Positions 25,501 through 39,329 of a stretch of 64,000 nt of DNA are shown piece by piece. This DNA is from Rhina ancylostomus (lineage: Eukaryota): assembly GCA_030265395.1 (NCBI GenBank), contig JARFYF010000104.1:61869215-61933214 (forward strand), given 5' to 3'. A program made the position numbers and the translations under genes. The stretch's first letter is position 1, and each line of letters opens with the position of its first letter. The notes under the pieces were generated by a model that worked only from the letters and a program-made list of their open reading frames with translations, ran no database searches and was not told the origin of the DNA.

Positions 25501-28500
25501 TTACTACAGGACATCCCGGGTTACAAATAGGTTCCATTTTTACATACATCCATGTGTTGATTTTGTTCGTTGGTTGGAAAATGCACAAGTTCACTTGATG
25601 TGTTAACCATACCTCCACGGTATTGTAATGAATGACAAAAAAGTACATAAGATAGATAAGAGAGAACAATTACTAAAAGTGGAAAGAGAGAGATGAAACT
25701 AGTTTTGATCATAAGAACAAATCTATGTCAGACTTTGGAATTTGATGTTATGAGAGCTCAATCATATGTAGGGGTGTCCATAAGTTAGGCATTCATAACC
25801 TGGGCAGCCTATTATCTTTGCTTCTTATTGTGACTTGCTGACTTTGAATTCTTACTATTTCACATTTAAAGTCCTTCCACTTATTTGATATTCAGTATGA
25901 GACAATAATTTCTCAAAATTAGCAGCAGGGATTTTAGAGTAGAATCAAAAAGTACAAATTTGGGTTCATTAGAGTTTTCAACACTGATTAAAAATTGTAT
26001 GTCCTTTGAACATATCAAAGGACATGAAATGAAGGTAAGTAAATAAAGTTGAGATACAGATCAGATGATTCAACAGATTGGTAGAATAGGCTGGAAGGAC
26101 TCAATGGCCAGCTCTTCTTAAGACAAAAATAAAGGTAGATTTTCCTTTCTTTTTTAATAAATAATTTGTTGGATGCTCATTTCATTGTTGAGGATATCTT
26201 CTGTTTTGAGTTATGTTTTCACTGCTACAACCAGACTGTATATCTTCTCCATATTGAAATTAGTTTGGTCATGGACATTTAATAGACAGGTTCTAGATTT
26301 GTCTACATATTTCCACATAAGATGCTCATGTTTTTTTCCTCTAAAAAGAGCATTTATATTAACAAAGGAAATGATTATAGGCCTCTGTGCGCTTTAGATG
26401 CAATGTATTTTTTGTGTGACAGACTTCTTTAAAAAAACCATAGAGCCAGGTACGATTCACCAGTTGAAGACAAATGAAGAAGTACGAGCTTAAATTTGCT
26501 GAATTTATGGTACGTGGAAATATAGGTTCTAGAAATTAAACCAGATGTTCTAGCTACTATTTAGCCTTTCTTCAGCTGGTGAGTTAACTTTGTTTCTAAC
26601 ACACCTAATAAAACAGAGGCTTACCTCATTAGGTCATATTTATTCCTCATATTAAATTTATGCAACAGTACCTGCAGTGCATTGTTACTCATTCTCAAAC
26701 GGTGCCAAATTAAGGCATCTTGAATAAATCTAGTACACCTGTGTTACATAGATCCTGACAGTTTTTTTAATTGGTAACAGGTTGATTTGTGGTTTCAAAA
26801 TGATATTTTTCCCTTTCCCTAGAGGCAAGGCCATTAATAGAGATGGTGCTAAACACTGATGCATAACTTCTTCGTGATGCAGTGTGTCACATATTCCAAG
26901 CTAAAAGCAACAAAGGTCGTAATGTCATGAACTGNNNNNNNNNNNNNNNNNNNNNNNNNNNNNNNNNNNNNNNNNNNNNNNNNNNNNNNNNNNNNNNNNN
27001 NNNNNNNNNNNNNNNNNNNNNNNNNNNNNNNNNNAAAAAAGAAACAGTATGTAAAAGGTTAGAGGTCATCACTCAGTGACCCTTATAATCATATTCTCAT
27101 AAATCAATCATTATCATGATGGTGATTGTTATCATGAACTGAGAGTTAAAACTCCCACATCAAAATAATGTCCATAGTATCTATTTCCTGAGGCTTGCAG
27201 ATGCTAAGGCCCTGTATTAAGGGTTTTGTTTTGGAGTATATATTCTGTGAATCTGCAGCAACTTTTTAAATCAAATATATTTCTTTATCCGAAAATGAAA
27301 TAATTAACAGCAACAAGTGGTTCTAAGGCAATAGTTTCACTTAAAGATGATGACAGTGTCAGAATTCCTAGAACAAACTCTTGAGTTGTTTTAACCTTCA
27401 CCTGATTCATGGATTGAAACCACTTCTATACCTTTTTCAGATTTTCTGCATGGCTGTGAAATTCATAGTGATTTTACTGGTCTCCTGATTTAATACCATT
27501 CGGCTGATATCTGTACCAAAAGATTAATTATTGTGATGCAAGTATTGTTGATCCATTGAATAATACATTTGTAGACAAAGCACCGTCAGTATTGGAAAGT
27601 CAAGTTTCAAGACTGTTCAGCTGATCAGTAATGCATGCAGTTTTTCTTTCCCCTTTTTATAAGAAAATAATAATTTGTGAGATGTTCATTTTGTATGTTG
27701 AGGATATGTTGTATTTTCTGTGCAAGTGTGTTTCATTTTCACTGATATAACCAGAGTGCACATTACTTTGCATATTGAAACATACTTGATCATGGGATTT
27801 CTGAACAAGATAAATATTAATCTTGTTCTACATTTTTTAATGATCAAAATGATTGTGGACAAGTTATTGGTATCTGGTTGCAACTTCCATCTGTTTTCCT
27901 GAACTGATCAACAACGACAGGCTCATACTTGTGAGTTATCTGACAGGTTACCACAATTCCTAGTTGCAGCTTGCTGTCTTGCCACCATAACTAATAAAAT
28001 ACATACATCTGCAATTTAGTTGATATCGTGATTCCTTGTTGGCCTTCATCCCATTTTTTAAAATCTTGTCATTGATCTATTTCGAAAGATAAAGTAATGA
28101 TGTCCATTCATGAAAAGCCCAAAAATTGCCTTTGTAGAGGCTCCATAACTTTATAGCAGATCCTTACCAAACCTTGGTTAGAAATTGTTCCATCTTCTTG
28201 TGATTTCTCTGAAAACCTTAACATCACTCAAGAAACTTTGGTTTGTTCTGAAAACCATTTCTATTCTCTGAACCACATTATGTAAATTCATTCCACATGG
28301 ATAGGTGATATAAGCCATGTTGGCCAAAATTTCTCTCTTTTGACAATGGTTTCATATCCTTGATGGTAAATAATAAACTGGAGATTGTAACTATTTTGAC
28401 TGACATCAGCAGATATAACACGAGTGGGGAGGGATGAAGCAATGCTGAATTTCCATAGCACAATAATAAACTAAATCAAAGTTTCTATTTTCTCTCTGTC

Positions 28501-29034
28501 TCCAGGAAGCTTGAAATTATTGCACAAAACTGCCAAAACCCATTGATAGGACTGGAAATACTAAATATCAGTGACAGTTAATTTTTCACCTGGCATATTA
28601 CTTTTTCAACTTCTTGTCAGTCAGGGGTGGCAGCAAGGCTGAACCAAATGGAACCAAGTGCTCATGTCAAGGACAGAGACACAATGAAGGAGTTCATCAA
28701 AGTCTTCCTTCCACTGGTGTTCATTGCCATTCCTGGTTCAAAATGGGGACAACCCTTTCATATATGGGTCGTAGATTGTCTTGACAGTGCTGAAGAATCC
28801 ATGCATTGTCATGGTTATCAGTGAGTTATTGCATTTCCACACACAATCTTTTTTGGGGTCACAGGTTTTCTGTTGGAACTCGGCCTTCAGGTATCTGCAG
28901 AGTTGTTAATTTTCCCATAAAGTGTGGTGGAGTTTTCAATGTTTGAGGATAATTAGCTCCTGGATTTATTGATCATTCTCATCAAACTAGTTCTGGTGTT
29001 TTCTGGTAAAGAAGCCAAGAGTCTCCCCACAGAC

Positions 29035-29485
29035 ACTAATTACTGTGGATTAATATGTCTATGAAAAACAACAAGGTCTCAGGAGCAGACTATATCCCTC
29101 CTGAAGTTTAAGAACCTGGCAGAGGGTAACTTTGTCCTCAAACTCACAACTTCATCTCCTATGTCTGTGAAGAAGAGAATATGCCACCATGACTGGGATC
29201 TCTTTCAAGAAAGAAGGCAGATCTGATTGCGGTACATACAGAGTGGTCTTGCGACAGGGAAAGTCATTGGAGGGTTCACCTTCCTCATCCACCTCCTTCC
29301 AATGGCTGAATTCTTCCCCATTTCCACCCATCTGGAGGCACAGTGGACAAGATCTTCACCATGTGAAGACTGCAAGAGAAATTCAGGTAATGGCACCAAT
29401 CACTTTATAAGGCCAAGTTTGACTTCACAAAAGCCTTTGTCTACTGTCAATTGAGAGGGACTGTAGAGCATCCTCCTCTTACTTT
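29035..29485 (+). mobile_element. RTE (BovB-like) LINE RT fragment
   Basis: MKNNK.SGAD.IP.EV..FKKEGRSDCGTYR..TGKVI..HLLPMAE..LQEK..FDFTKAF.TVN.EGL..IL. Confidence 0.75.
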
Positions 29486-29561
29486 GTTACCAGTAGAAAT
29501 TCTAAAGGGATGTGCACTATAGCTGGCATGAGTGCTGGGAATTATTCTGCAAATGAAATTG

Positions 29562-29811
29562 ATGGGAAAGGAAGAAGAAAGGTGAGAGAGCTGGTGTCCA
29601 AGTTTCTAGAAGTTGAACCTGAAGTCTTGGTTGAGGAAGAGGAAAGAAGAGAGAATATCTTTATCCTCAGGAGGCAAGACATCCTCCTCAAACATAATCA
29701 GAAAGCAGTGATTACATATAGCTGCAGAGGTCATTGCTGGAACATAGCCCCAAAGACCCGACTACAGTGTTGAAATAAGTGTAATGACCTCACATGAAGA
29801 GTCAAAGTCAG
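29562..29811 (+). pseudogene. PIF/Harbinger Myb/SANT-like DNA-binding domain relic
   Basis: RELVSKFLEVEPEVLVEEEERRENIF...IAPKTRLQC*NKCNDLT*RVK fits F...ELEVLVEEV..R..LF...RT..QC.KK.NDL.R..K. Confidence 0.65.
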
Positions 29812-30057
29812 GACCAAATCTTTAAATGCCACTTTCTCCAAGTGCACCACAAGTCATAGACATGGTGCAATCCGTCATATTCCCATCACTTGCCTTCCAA
29901 TAATCCTTAACACTCAGCATCCATTAATAGCATTTATATCGTCTCTTCATCTTCTCACATTAGAATTGTTACCAGTTTCACTCCCATGCCTCACAACCTG
30001 CACACCCTTCCACCTTGTTAAGTATGTTACCACATTATCCATTTCCAATATTTATTT

Positions 30058-30313
30058 CTTTTAAATTTAAATTTTATTTACAGCATGGTAACAGGCCCTT
30101 CTGGCCCAATGAGTCCGCCCCGCACATTTTTTTAAACTCCAAAATTAACCTACCCATATGTCTTTAGAATGTGGGAGGAAACTGGAGCACCTGGAGGAAA
30201 CCCATGCAGACACAGGACAAAGTACAAGCTCCTTACAGACAGCGACGGGAATCGAACCCTGATCGCTGGTGCTGTGATAACGTTGCACTAACCACTACGC
30301 TACCGTGCCGCCC
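30058..30313 (-). mobile_element. V-SINE-like SINE with CR1-like tail
   Basis: Head gggcggcacggtagcgtagtggttag..gggttcgattccc (A and B boxes), V-domain, tail gggccagaagggcctgttaccatgctgta. Confidence 0.85.
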
Positions 30314-30394
30314 AAAGAACCAAGCAGATAGCATTACATTGACTGATTTGCTTCTCCTTCCCATTTGGCAACATTGGCAACTAAAATATTGGTT

Positions 30395-30885
30395 ATATTG
30401 CAGTAAGTAACATGCCTCCTAACTTTCCAAAAGCCTTCCACCATCCGAAAACCACAAGTAGCATTGTGATCAATATTTTTCAACTTGACTAGATGTGTGC
30501 AGGTCCAACGCCATTCAAGAAACTTAATCTTATCCACTGAAAAGCAGCCTGTTTGATTAATAACCCAAGCACCACCCTAAAATCTCACAGCCTCCACCAC
30601 TGGTGCTCAATGGCTGCAGTGTGGGCCATCTTCAACATACACTGCAGCAACTTGCCAATCCTACTTTGAAAAGCACCTCTCAAACCTGAAACATTCAACA
30701 CCTACAAAGACAAGGTATTAAGACTATGTAACCTTTCAAAGCCCTTCCAAGTCATATGTCGTCCCAACTTAGACTTGTATCCTAGTTGTCTCATCGCTGC
30801 TGTGTCAAATTTTTGAATTCTCTTCTGGAAGCATTGTAATGACACTTCAGTTTAAGGAATGAGCTAGTTTAGCTACCCACATTGT
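30395..30885 (+). mobile_element. Second CR1-superfamily LINE 3' portion
   Basis: aaagcagcctgtttgatt..cctccaccactgg..ggctgcagtgtg..acactgcagcaact..ccttccaagtca. Confidence 0.6.
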
Positions 30886-33374
30886 GGGGGGTAGACCTAG
30901 AGAACCCCAAATATAAGCCAATTAACTATTAGGCTCAGTGTTACCAGATCTCCTTGTTTAAAACCAGCAGGAACACTGGAGCTAAATGGTTGCAGCTGCA
31001 CATAGCTGCACTGGAACCCCTTTCAATGAAGTTATATGGCAAAATTGACTTGTGTCATACAGAAAGTAGTGCACATGGAGTTGATGGCTCCCTTTCTTTA
31101 CAATCTTTACAAATCCATGTACTTGGAGCACCACCTTCTATTGGACAAGTAGGGATGAAATAAAGTTACCTCCTTTGGCAAAGAGTCTCAGTTACCTTAT
31201 GAAGTCATGCATTGAAAATTGTTAATATCACCAAAGGTCTTGTGAGCAGCCATTCACATAAAGTTTAGTCACTGGAAAAGTAGTTCTTTTGCCTGCTGCA
31301 AGGTTCGAGTTGTGGCTGCAACTCTTCTCCTATAGTGATGACCTTTGTTGGTCATTGCTAAAGTTAATTGTTACTTGTTGCTGAAGTTCAGGTAAGAGAC
31401 AATAATGAATTGGTATTAAAATCTCTACTTCCTTATCCTGTTACAAACCACTTTTTTTTCTAGCAGCCTTGCACACTATACATATGTGCCCCCTGTAAGT
31501 TCCAAAAGGTGTACCTAGGTCTGGAATTAACAGGACTATGAAGCAGCCTAGAATTTAGCAACAAATATTTTAACATCTGCCACAGTACGCCATGTCTGAT
31601 AACTGGAAAAACTATCAAAGGCAGCAGCAGAAANNNNNNNNNNNNNNNNNNNNNNNNNNNNNNNNNNNNNNNNCCTTTAAAAAAACACTGCAGGAACAGG
31701 AGGTGTTCTTCATGCTGTTTAACACTGTGATCAGCTGCATGAAATGGAAGGAGGGTATTAGCTAAGGTCTGGACTCCAAATTTGCAGTGTTGGCTTCAGT
31801 CAGCTCACTGATAGATATCATGGTCTGTTTGCTCACCATTCTTTCAGAAGATTAATTACCAAGTGGTGCACAACAATCTGGTGCCCAACACCTCAGAAGT
31901 GTGCTTGCATGCAGTCACCGTTTTGGAACTGTAAGCTGTCCCCTAGAGCATGAAAAAGGAAATTATCAAACCCAACTTTGTCTTCTCCCTCCTTGGGGTC
32001 CCAGTGTTGCTTTCAGACCATGCAGAATTTCATAAAGTGTTGTGGATGATGTATGCAGACTTTTCTTTCATGAAATGCAATAGCATTGCCCTTTGAGAAA
32101 ACACCTGTATCGGAATCTTTATTTTCATTTAATGCCAACACTATGTATATTTACACATCATATCAGAATCTCCTATATCAAACATTTTTGTCATTGTAGG
32201 TGAAATAACTGAGCAACTGGAGTGCAATAATTTCATATTCCCCTGTTTCCTATTTTGGCAAAAATCATTCAAAGGATGTTAATAACTTGATTTGTAAGTC
32301 GCAAACAGCAAAGTGGAAACAGATATTTTGGTTTCTGTCCACTGTTGTCAACAATAATTTTATGGCTTTATCATTTCAATTATCTTCCTTAGACTGTGTC
32401 CCCAAAAGAAATTATTTTAGTTACAAAAGTAGAACATTAGTTTTTTTGACATGTAGGTGGAGTATTTACAAAAAAGCATAGTTTATTAAAATTTCACCTT
32501 ACTCTTAGAATATCATAGCCATGTTGCTCTAATTACGCATGTACTAATTGTGGTACATCTGTTAAAAGGGCTTGGGTATCAGTTTGATACCATGGATCTT
32601 CTCCAAGGTCATGTACGTTTGTTTAGCAGTAACTGCTGTGGTGCAAAGATCGATATTAATAAATTCCAAAGTGAGAGAACTGTTGATAAGATTTTCCCTG
32701 CTCCACTCAATGATTCATATTGATCCTAGCAGCTAGCAATCAAAAGAAACATGTGAAAAACACACAAACCTGTGGGAAACTGTATAGAACTATCTGTAAC
32801 TCTTTTCTAATCAAGACCATTAATGGAAATAACTCAGAACTTGTCTTGGACAAATATTTCTGGAGGATAAGGTGTGGCCTTCCTGTCATTTTGATCAAAT
32901 AGTCAATTTTTTTACACAGCTAACTGATGAACTGGAATGTTGCTTTAATGCACTGTACTACAAATGTTCATAGCATTATTAGCACAGTCATTTCTGTTGG
33001 TTGAGTTTGCATCAGCACATAATACAGGAAACTGAAGGTTTTGTGTCAAAAGGCAGAAAATAAGTTGACTTCATTAGGGTGATTCCTTAAAGACAGAAAA
33101 CAGCATTATTTTCAATTTCCAGCATTGTCAATTAGATAACATGAAATAACTAACTGAATGAGTTGGGAGAATAACATATTGGAGTCACAAAGAACTCTTC
33201 CATTGGACACACTATTGAATCCCTAAGTGTTCATGTGGAGAATTCCTGATTTTGGTTGTGAATTGCCAAACAAAAGACCAGTTGAGCCACAATGCTTGTT
33301 ATATCCTGTCCTGTCATCCAAAAACTCAATTAGTTTAAAAGAGAAATCAACTACCAGGAAATTGGAGAAGAAAA

Positions 33375-34100
33375 TGACATTCAACCTTTAAGCCATTGCA
33401 TGGCTGGATGTATCCTAACTCAGCGGACTTTATTACTCCTGGCTATCAAAAATCTATCCATCTCAAATTTAAAACTAATTGCACTGATATTTGCCTTTTT
33501 GAATGAGAAAGAGGAATACAAGTAAAAACTTTTCTCTGTATCTAGTCTGTTATTTCCTTTCCAAATCAAAACAAAAAGCAATTAAGTCAACACTCAACCT
33601 TCTGTCTTACAAGGACTACGTCAGTTGCTTGTGATCTCTTCTCAGAAGCTAATTCGTGGAGAACTCTAACAGTTTGGTGAATCAACACTGCAATCCTTTC
33701 AAGATCAATTTATCTTTGCTCCGTTCATAACTCTTCTTAGTATTCCAAATGAGCCCTAACAGAACTTTGTTCAGTTGTAGCAAACTTCCTCCCATTTTTA
33801 TCTACTCTTTAGTTATGATGTCTAGCATTCTGATAGGTGGTTTGAAATTTTTATGTGATTACTACACTTAAGAGCATATATACATGGTCCCCTAACTCTC
33901 TTCATACTTCTACTCCTCCCAAGTTTTTAATGATTTTTTTTAAAAAACTACAAGTTTCTGTTTTCATCTTTAATGGATAACTCCATACTTAGCTGCAATG
34001 AAATCCATTTACCACAGATCTTATTTACATTGTTATTTAAACCAAAAGAATTTGTCATCTTCAGGCTTTGATATATAGCTCTCTTTTTTATTATGTAATT
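33375..34100 (-). mobile_element. Very old CR1 3' portion
   Basis: ctatcaaaaatctatccatctca..; tgcaatgaaatccatttaccac; tttgtcatcttcagg (reverse FADD region), heavily decayed. Confidence 0.45.
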
Positions 34101-34344
34101 CTTAAGCAATCAATGCTTCCAGTTACTTGTGCAATTTCTCTTTAAATGAAATGAATTAATGATGAAAGAAAGTATATATTCACAAGGCTAAATGGCAGGT
34201 CTTATGCAATCTGACATGCCAGAGTTTTGTTGACCCCAAAGAACTGAAGGTATTTATCACCTGCATTTAAAAACAATGAGACACAACTATTAGTTTTGCA
34301 TTCAGTGTGACTGCATAATACCAGCTTCCCTTTACATTATCAAC

Positions 34345-34860
34345 ATACACATCAGGAGCAGGGGTGGGCCACTTGGCCCTCAAGCCTGCTTCACTGTTTA
34401 ATAAGATCATGACTGATCTGATTGCGACATCAACTCTGTACTTCCACCTACTTGCGATGACCTTTTACCCCCTGCTTTTCAAGAAACCATCTAACACTGC
34501 TTTAAAACTATTTAAAGACTCTACTTCTGCTGCGCTTTGAGTTCCAAAGACTCACAGCCCTTTGAAAGAAAAGAAGCATTGCATTTTTGTTTAAATGGGC
34601 AACCCCCTACTTTTAAACAGTAACTCTTGGTTCTAAGTTCTCCCAAAAGAAGAAATATTTTCTGCACATCCAACCTCTCAAGAACCCTCTGTTGTTCCTC
34701 ACTCTTCTAAACTCCAGCAGATACATGCTCAGTTTATCCAACCTTTCCTCAAAACACAGCTCACCATTCCATATGTTGGTTTTCTTCCAACAAGTTAACA
34801 TCCTTCTTTAAGTAAACAGCTTAATACAGTGCTCCAGAAATGATCTCACTACTGCCCTTT
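34345..34860 (-). mobile_element. CR1 3' end
   Basis: EERLDKLSMYLLEFRRVR; tail caggagcaggggtgggccacttggccctcaagcctgct. Confidence 0.75.
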
Positions 34861-37800
34861 GAAACATTTGAATCTATTTAAAGAAATAGTTTATCAATTG
34901 CATCAAATTTTAAAGTATTTTAACCAATAATGGATTAAACAGAACTGTGGGAATTTAAATAAAAGTTAGTCCTGGATCCTAGCCACAGCCTGTGAGTTTG
35001 AGGTTCACTGTCAGATTTAGGAGGGTACATCTATCAGATTGCCCTATCATTAAACTCACTGTGGATTTGACACAGCACCTGAGATCCCATGGATTACAAT
35101 AGAGTTTGCAGGGCACCAATTTAGAATACAAAGTAGATGGTGGATTACTTTTTTTAAATTACTTAGTTAATTTAAATTTTTAAATTATTTCTAAGTGTAC
35201 AATGTGTTTTAATTAACTTTAACATTTAATATCTAGGAAATAATGTTATTTTCAGGTATTATTTATATTTGACTTCAATTACTTCAATCATTTACTTCAA
35301 TATTAATAACCTATAAAGGTCTCTGAATGTCGGAAACATTTAAGACCCCTTGAAATCAGTGGTGACTTTGACAGAAGACAAAACTCTGCTGTTGGCTTTG
35401 CCTGCCTGACTGGTAGTCACTGTGGGTGCTTTTCAGGCAGGCTCCCTGCGCTACCAGCCTGAATTATGATCACCATTCAGACCTTGTCACAGGGCTCAAG
35501 GGTGCAGAAAGCCAACATAGTTGGCTGTCCACATCTGGCCCAGGTAAATGTGAGTAAGTGTTTGGGTGCCATAGATACCAGTTACAAGCCTAAAGTCCAG
35601 ATCAGTGTGATTGGTCATTTTAATTTAATTTATTTTTAAATGCATCAATGATAGGTATTTAACATTTTTATGCTATTTGACAGCCATGCTTCCTTTGGAG
35701 TCATTATTTCAATCCCATTTTTAAAATTGAAGTAAATTGCCACGTGATGATGCAACATGCTAAAACCCAAGTGTCTATCATCGAATTGGTAGAGATAATC
35801 TACATCTGTATTTGTCCTGTACAAGAAGTTCCTAATTTCAGTCATAATATTTGCCAATGTGAAACCCAGGAGGGAGATCATTCAGTGGGGTTAGTTCGTA
35901 ATCCAGCTAATAGGACATCATACTGCGAATGCTGGGAGCCTTCGTCTCAGTAACAGAGAAAAGAAATACAAATTGATTGATGATATTGTGAGTCAAGGAC
36001 AGCTCTTTTAGATATAAATCCACAGCTTTCCAGAGTAGTTCATCATCAATGTGACACCCCCCATGGCAGTTCAAGTACCTGAGGAAGCAGACCATATGCT
36101 ATTAAAAGAATTTAGAATTCAGCCTTTATTGCAACTGGGCATGACTTCAACCAGTACTTAATGTGCCAGATTTCTGAATCACAACCTATAAAACCTCCAT
36201 CTTACAAAATCCACTTAATTATGATGTTAAAATTGTGAGCTTGCTATAAATGAATATGAGGACTAAACCATTGCCTCTGATTTTGAAAAATTGCTTCTGC
36301 AATAAATCCCCAAATTAAGTATAGTTACTAGTTTAAAATCGTGCTACTGCCATGGAACTGTTAATATATAATTAATCCCATACACTACATCAATTAGTGA
36401 ATCTGGTTTATTAAAACCATACTTGAATTTCATATTTTCCATTATATTTAAATGACCAACCCATACTTCCCACCTACAGTTTTCCAGTAAAATGTATGCA
36501 TCTGAGACAACATCTTGCTAAAATATGTTCAGACCTTTTAATGAATACAAAGGAAAGTGAAACATAAAAACTGACCAAATAAATAACTTAACCCCAATTT
36601 TACTTCTCTGTTTACTCTTTAGCACATTAAGATAAAACAGCCAATTAAAAAGCCCCACATAGTTTGTGATATTTCCAGTTATTACACTCAATTTCAATCA
36701 GTGAAGGAAAAAACAAATCAAATGCTCTGCCCTACAGCTTACTGTGCAGTTACAGTAACCTTTAGACATAATGTGAGGCATGTGAATAGTTTGTATAAGT
36801 TTTGAAAACAGTGAGCACTGTAATTGCAGATTCAATACTTTCCAAAGTTGAATTATGTCAGGAAATACACAATTTCATCTAACTGCAGTAACTACCATCT
36901 GGCAGTGCTGTTGAGAATGATGTGATGGATTAAGTGCTGCACAAAGGTATACCTTAAGTGATTAGTGGAGGGAAATCTTGCTGGACATGGCCAGCAGTTC
37001 AGAAGGGGGTCACTGGCATTCAGCTGCACAGCCATGCCTGCAACCTTGCATCCAGGAAAGCGTCAGTTTCTGCAGCTGTGGATGTCAGATGCAGTTACAA
37101 AAAGATACAATTCAAAAAACATTCCTCTGTGTCCCAATTACCAATTCACAACTAATTCAGTAGAAGTTACAGTATCAGATACTTTTTGCCCCATGGCAGA
37201 TTGCGGTGTGTCCATTCAATTATTCAGCAGAGCAAGGAGTGTAAAATGTCTAAGCTGCTTCCCTGAGAAAGAAATGGCTAATCTCTTCAACACATTATCC
37301 AAATTATTCCATGTCTGACCATGGAGAAAATTGAGAAGAACAATGTTTTTGGCTGAGGATTGCTGAAGGTAGCAGTTTAATGCTGCTACTGTTAGTTTAC
37401 TTGCCTCTTGATTAGAAAACTGCTGGAAATAAACAGAATTGTCTGAAGTTTTATTAACTAAATATGCACATCCCATTGGTTTTCTGTCCAATTTGGATGT
37501 TTTGGGGCATTTTCTCTCATTCTACAATTTTCAATTTTTTCTTATCCATGCTGAGGAAAGTTAGAACTAAGGCTCGCCAAAGTTGCCAGAATCTTCTGAT
37601 AGCATTCACCATTGACGTACATACTGACTGCACACTATATTTTTATGCATCCCCATATCAACTTGCCAGTTACTTCCACCCTGATCTATAGTAATGAGGT
37701 CTTGCCCAGAGCTTGCTTTACACAGTATAATGCCTCAGGCGTGAGCAGTGGAGGGCAGAACCAGCCCCACCCACAAGTCAGCTTTGACAGACAGCTGAGC

Positions 37801-38934
37801 CATGCTCCCAGGCTTTGCCAGTTGCCAAAATCTATGAATGTTTCTGAATATCCTTGAAATAATGTAAATAAAAATCAAATCACCTGCAAGCACAAAGCAA
37901 AGTAGATTCATTCCAAAAAAATGTAAATTATACCCTCCCTCCTCCCTCTCAGTGCCGGAGAATTGTAGGAAATTCATGTTCCTTCATTGAATATCAGAGT
38001 ACAACTAGGGAAATACTGGTGGAGTTCAGAATTTCAAATGTGACACTATTGTGCTCCCATGACTGTTCAAAAATTCCTGACACATATTGGGGGTATGGGG
38101 TAAACACCAGCATTTCCACAAGAATCTGCCAGTATTTCACACCCCAATAATGGGACTGATTTTGGAATAGTTGCTATGATCAAGGCTGGGAGGTAGGACA
38201 TCCCAAAATTCTATACACTGCATTCAAAAGGAAAATCTTACCACATTTGATTCTAATCTACAGTAATAATCTTGATTTTTCAAAGTTACTGGTAAAATAT
38301 AACAGAATCAGAGAAACATTTAAAGAACAAAGATACTGTGAGGAGCCACTTCTGAGTGGCACTATTTGCTGTCTTGATTTTTACTGATAAACTTTGATAT
38401 ACAGTTAAGTAGGATAATTCTATCAATCAAGTTATGATAGGGACAATTATGGATAATAAACCTCCACATGTTTTGATACATAAAACATTTCCAGACATAT
38501 GCTCACCTTTTAACTTAGTATTGCTTGTTACTACAAGTAGCTGCTCAATCCTTGACTTTAATTTCTAGGTAAGAGCAAGCTAGTTCACAACCAAAGTGAC
38601 CCATAAATTTAGAACATTGAGGTAGTAATTATGCCAGTAATATAGTGTTAACTCTAATGGTATTTCTTTTGCAATTTGGAAAAATATCTGTGAAAAGTCT
38701 CTGTGAGTTTACATTCTAACAGAAATGCTTTCCCAGAATTTAGTATTAGCCCTTCAGGCTTTCCATAATTTATTATTCCAATATATATTAGCAGGATTTA
38801 GGGTAACATGAAGTTAGAATTCTGCGCATTAAAATAAAAATATAAATTTAAAACTGAAGATGATGAGTTATTTAAATTAATATCAATTATCACTAATTAT
38901 GGAAGTCCAATCTGCATAGACTGGAGTAGTAACA

Positions 38935-39290
38935 ATAAGAACATTGAACATTACAGCACAGTACAGGCCCTTCGGACCACAACGTTGTGCCGATATTTTA
39001 TCCTGCTCCAAGATCTATTTAACCCTGCCGTCCCACATAGCCTCCCCCCATTCTCTATCATTCATCTTAAATAGTCCCTAATATATCTGCCCCCACAAAC
39101 TCTGATGGCAGTGTGTTCCATGCACCCACCACTGTCTGTGTAAAAACTTACCCGTCATCCCCCTTATATCTTCCTCCAATCACCTTAAAATTACGTCCCC
39201 TCGTGTTAGCCTTTGTCAGTCTGGGAAAAAGCCTCTGACTGTCCACTCGATCTATGCCTCTTATCTTCTTGTACACCTCTATCAAGTCAG
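38935..39290 (-). mobile_element. CR1 3' end
   Basis: Minus DLIEVYKKIRGIDRVDSQRLFP; terminus gaacattacagcacagtacaggccc. Confidence 0.85.
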
Positions 39291-39329
39291 AACAACCAGA
39301 ATGCCTTTAGAAAGGAAAGATCAAAGCTA

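Noticed and set aside
26423-26449. 27-nt micro-exon candidate (DFFKKTIEP)
   Set aside because: Mediocre splice sites and no homology; expected by chance in 64 kb.
30240-30313. tRNA-like sequences with A and B boxes (also near 21390-21458, 44004, 46730-46797, 52072)
   Set aside because: They are SINE heads continuing into V-domains, not tRNA genes.
37216-37491. 91-aa protein-like minus ORF
   Set aside because: No recognisable domain or convincing splice boundaries.
38618-38640. tgaggtagtaa resembling the let-7/miR-98 5' end
   Set aside because: The match ends after 11 nt and there is no complementary star arm.
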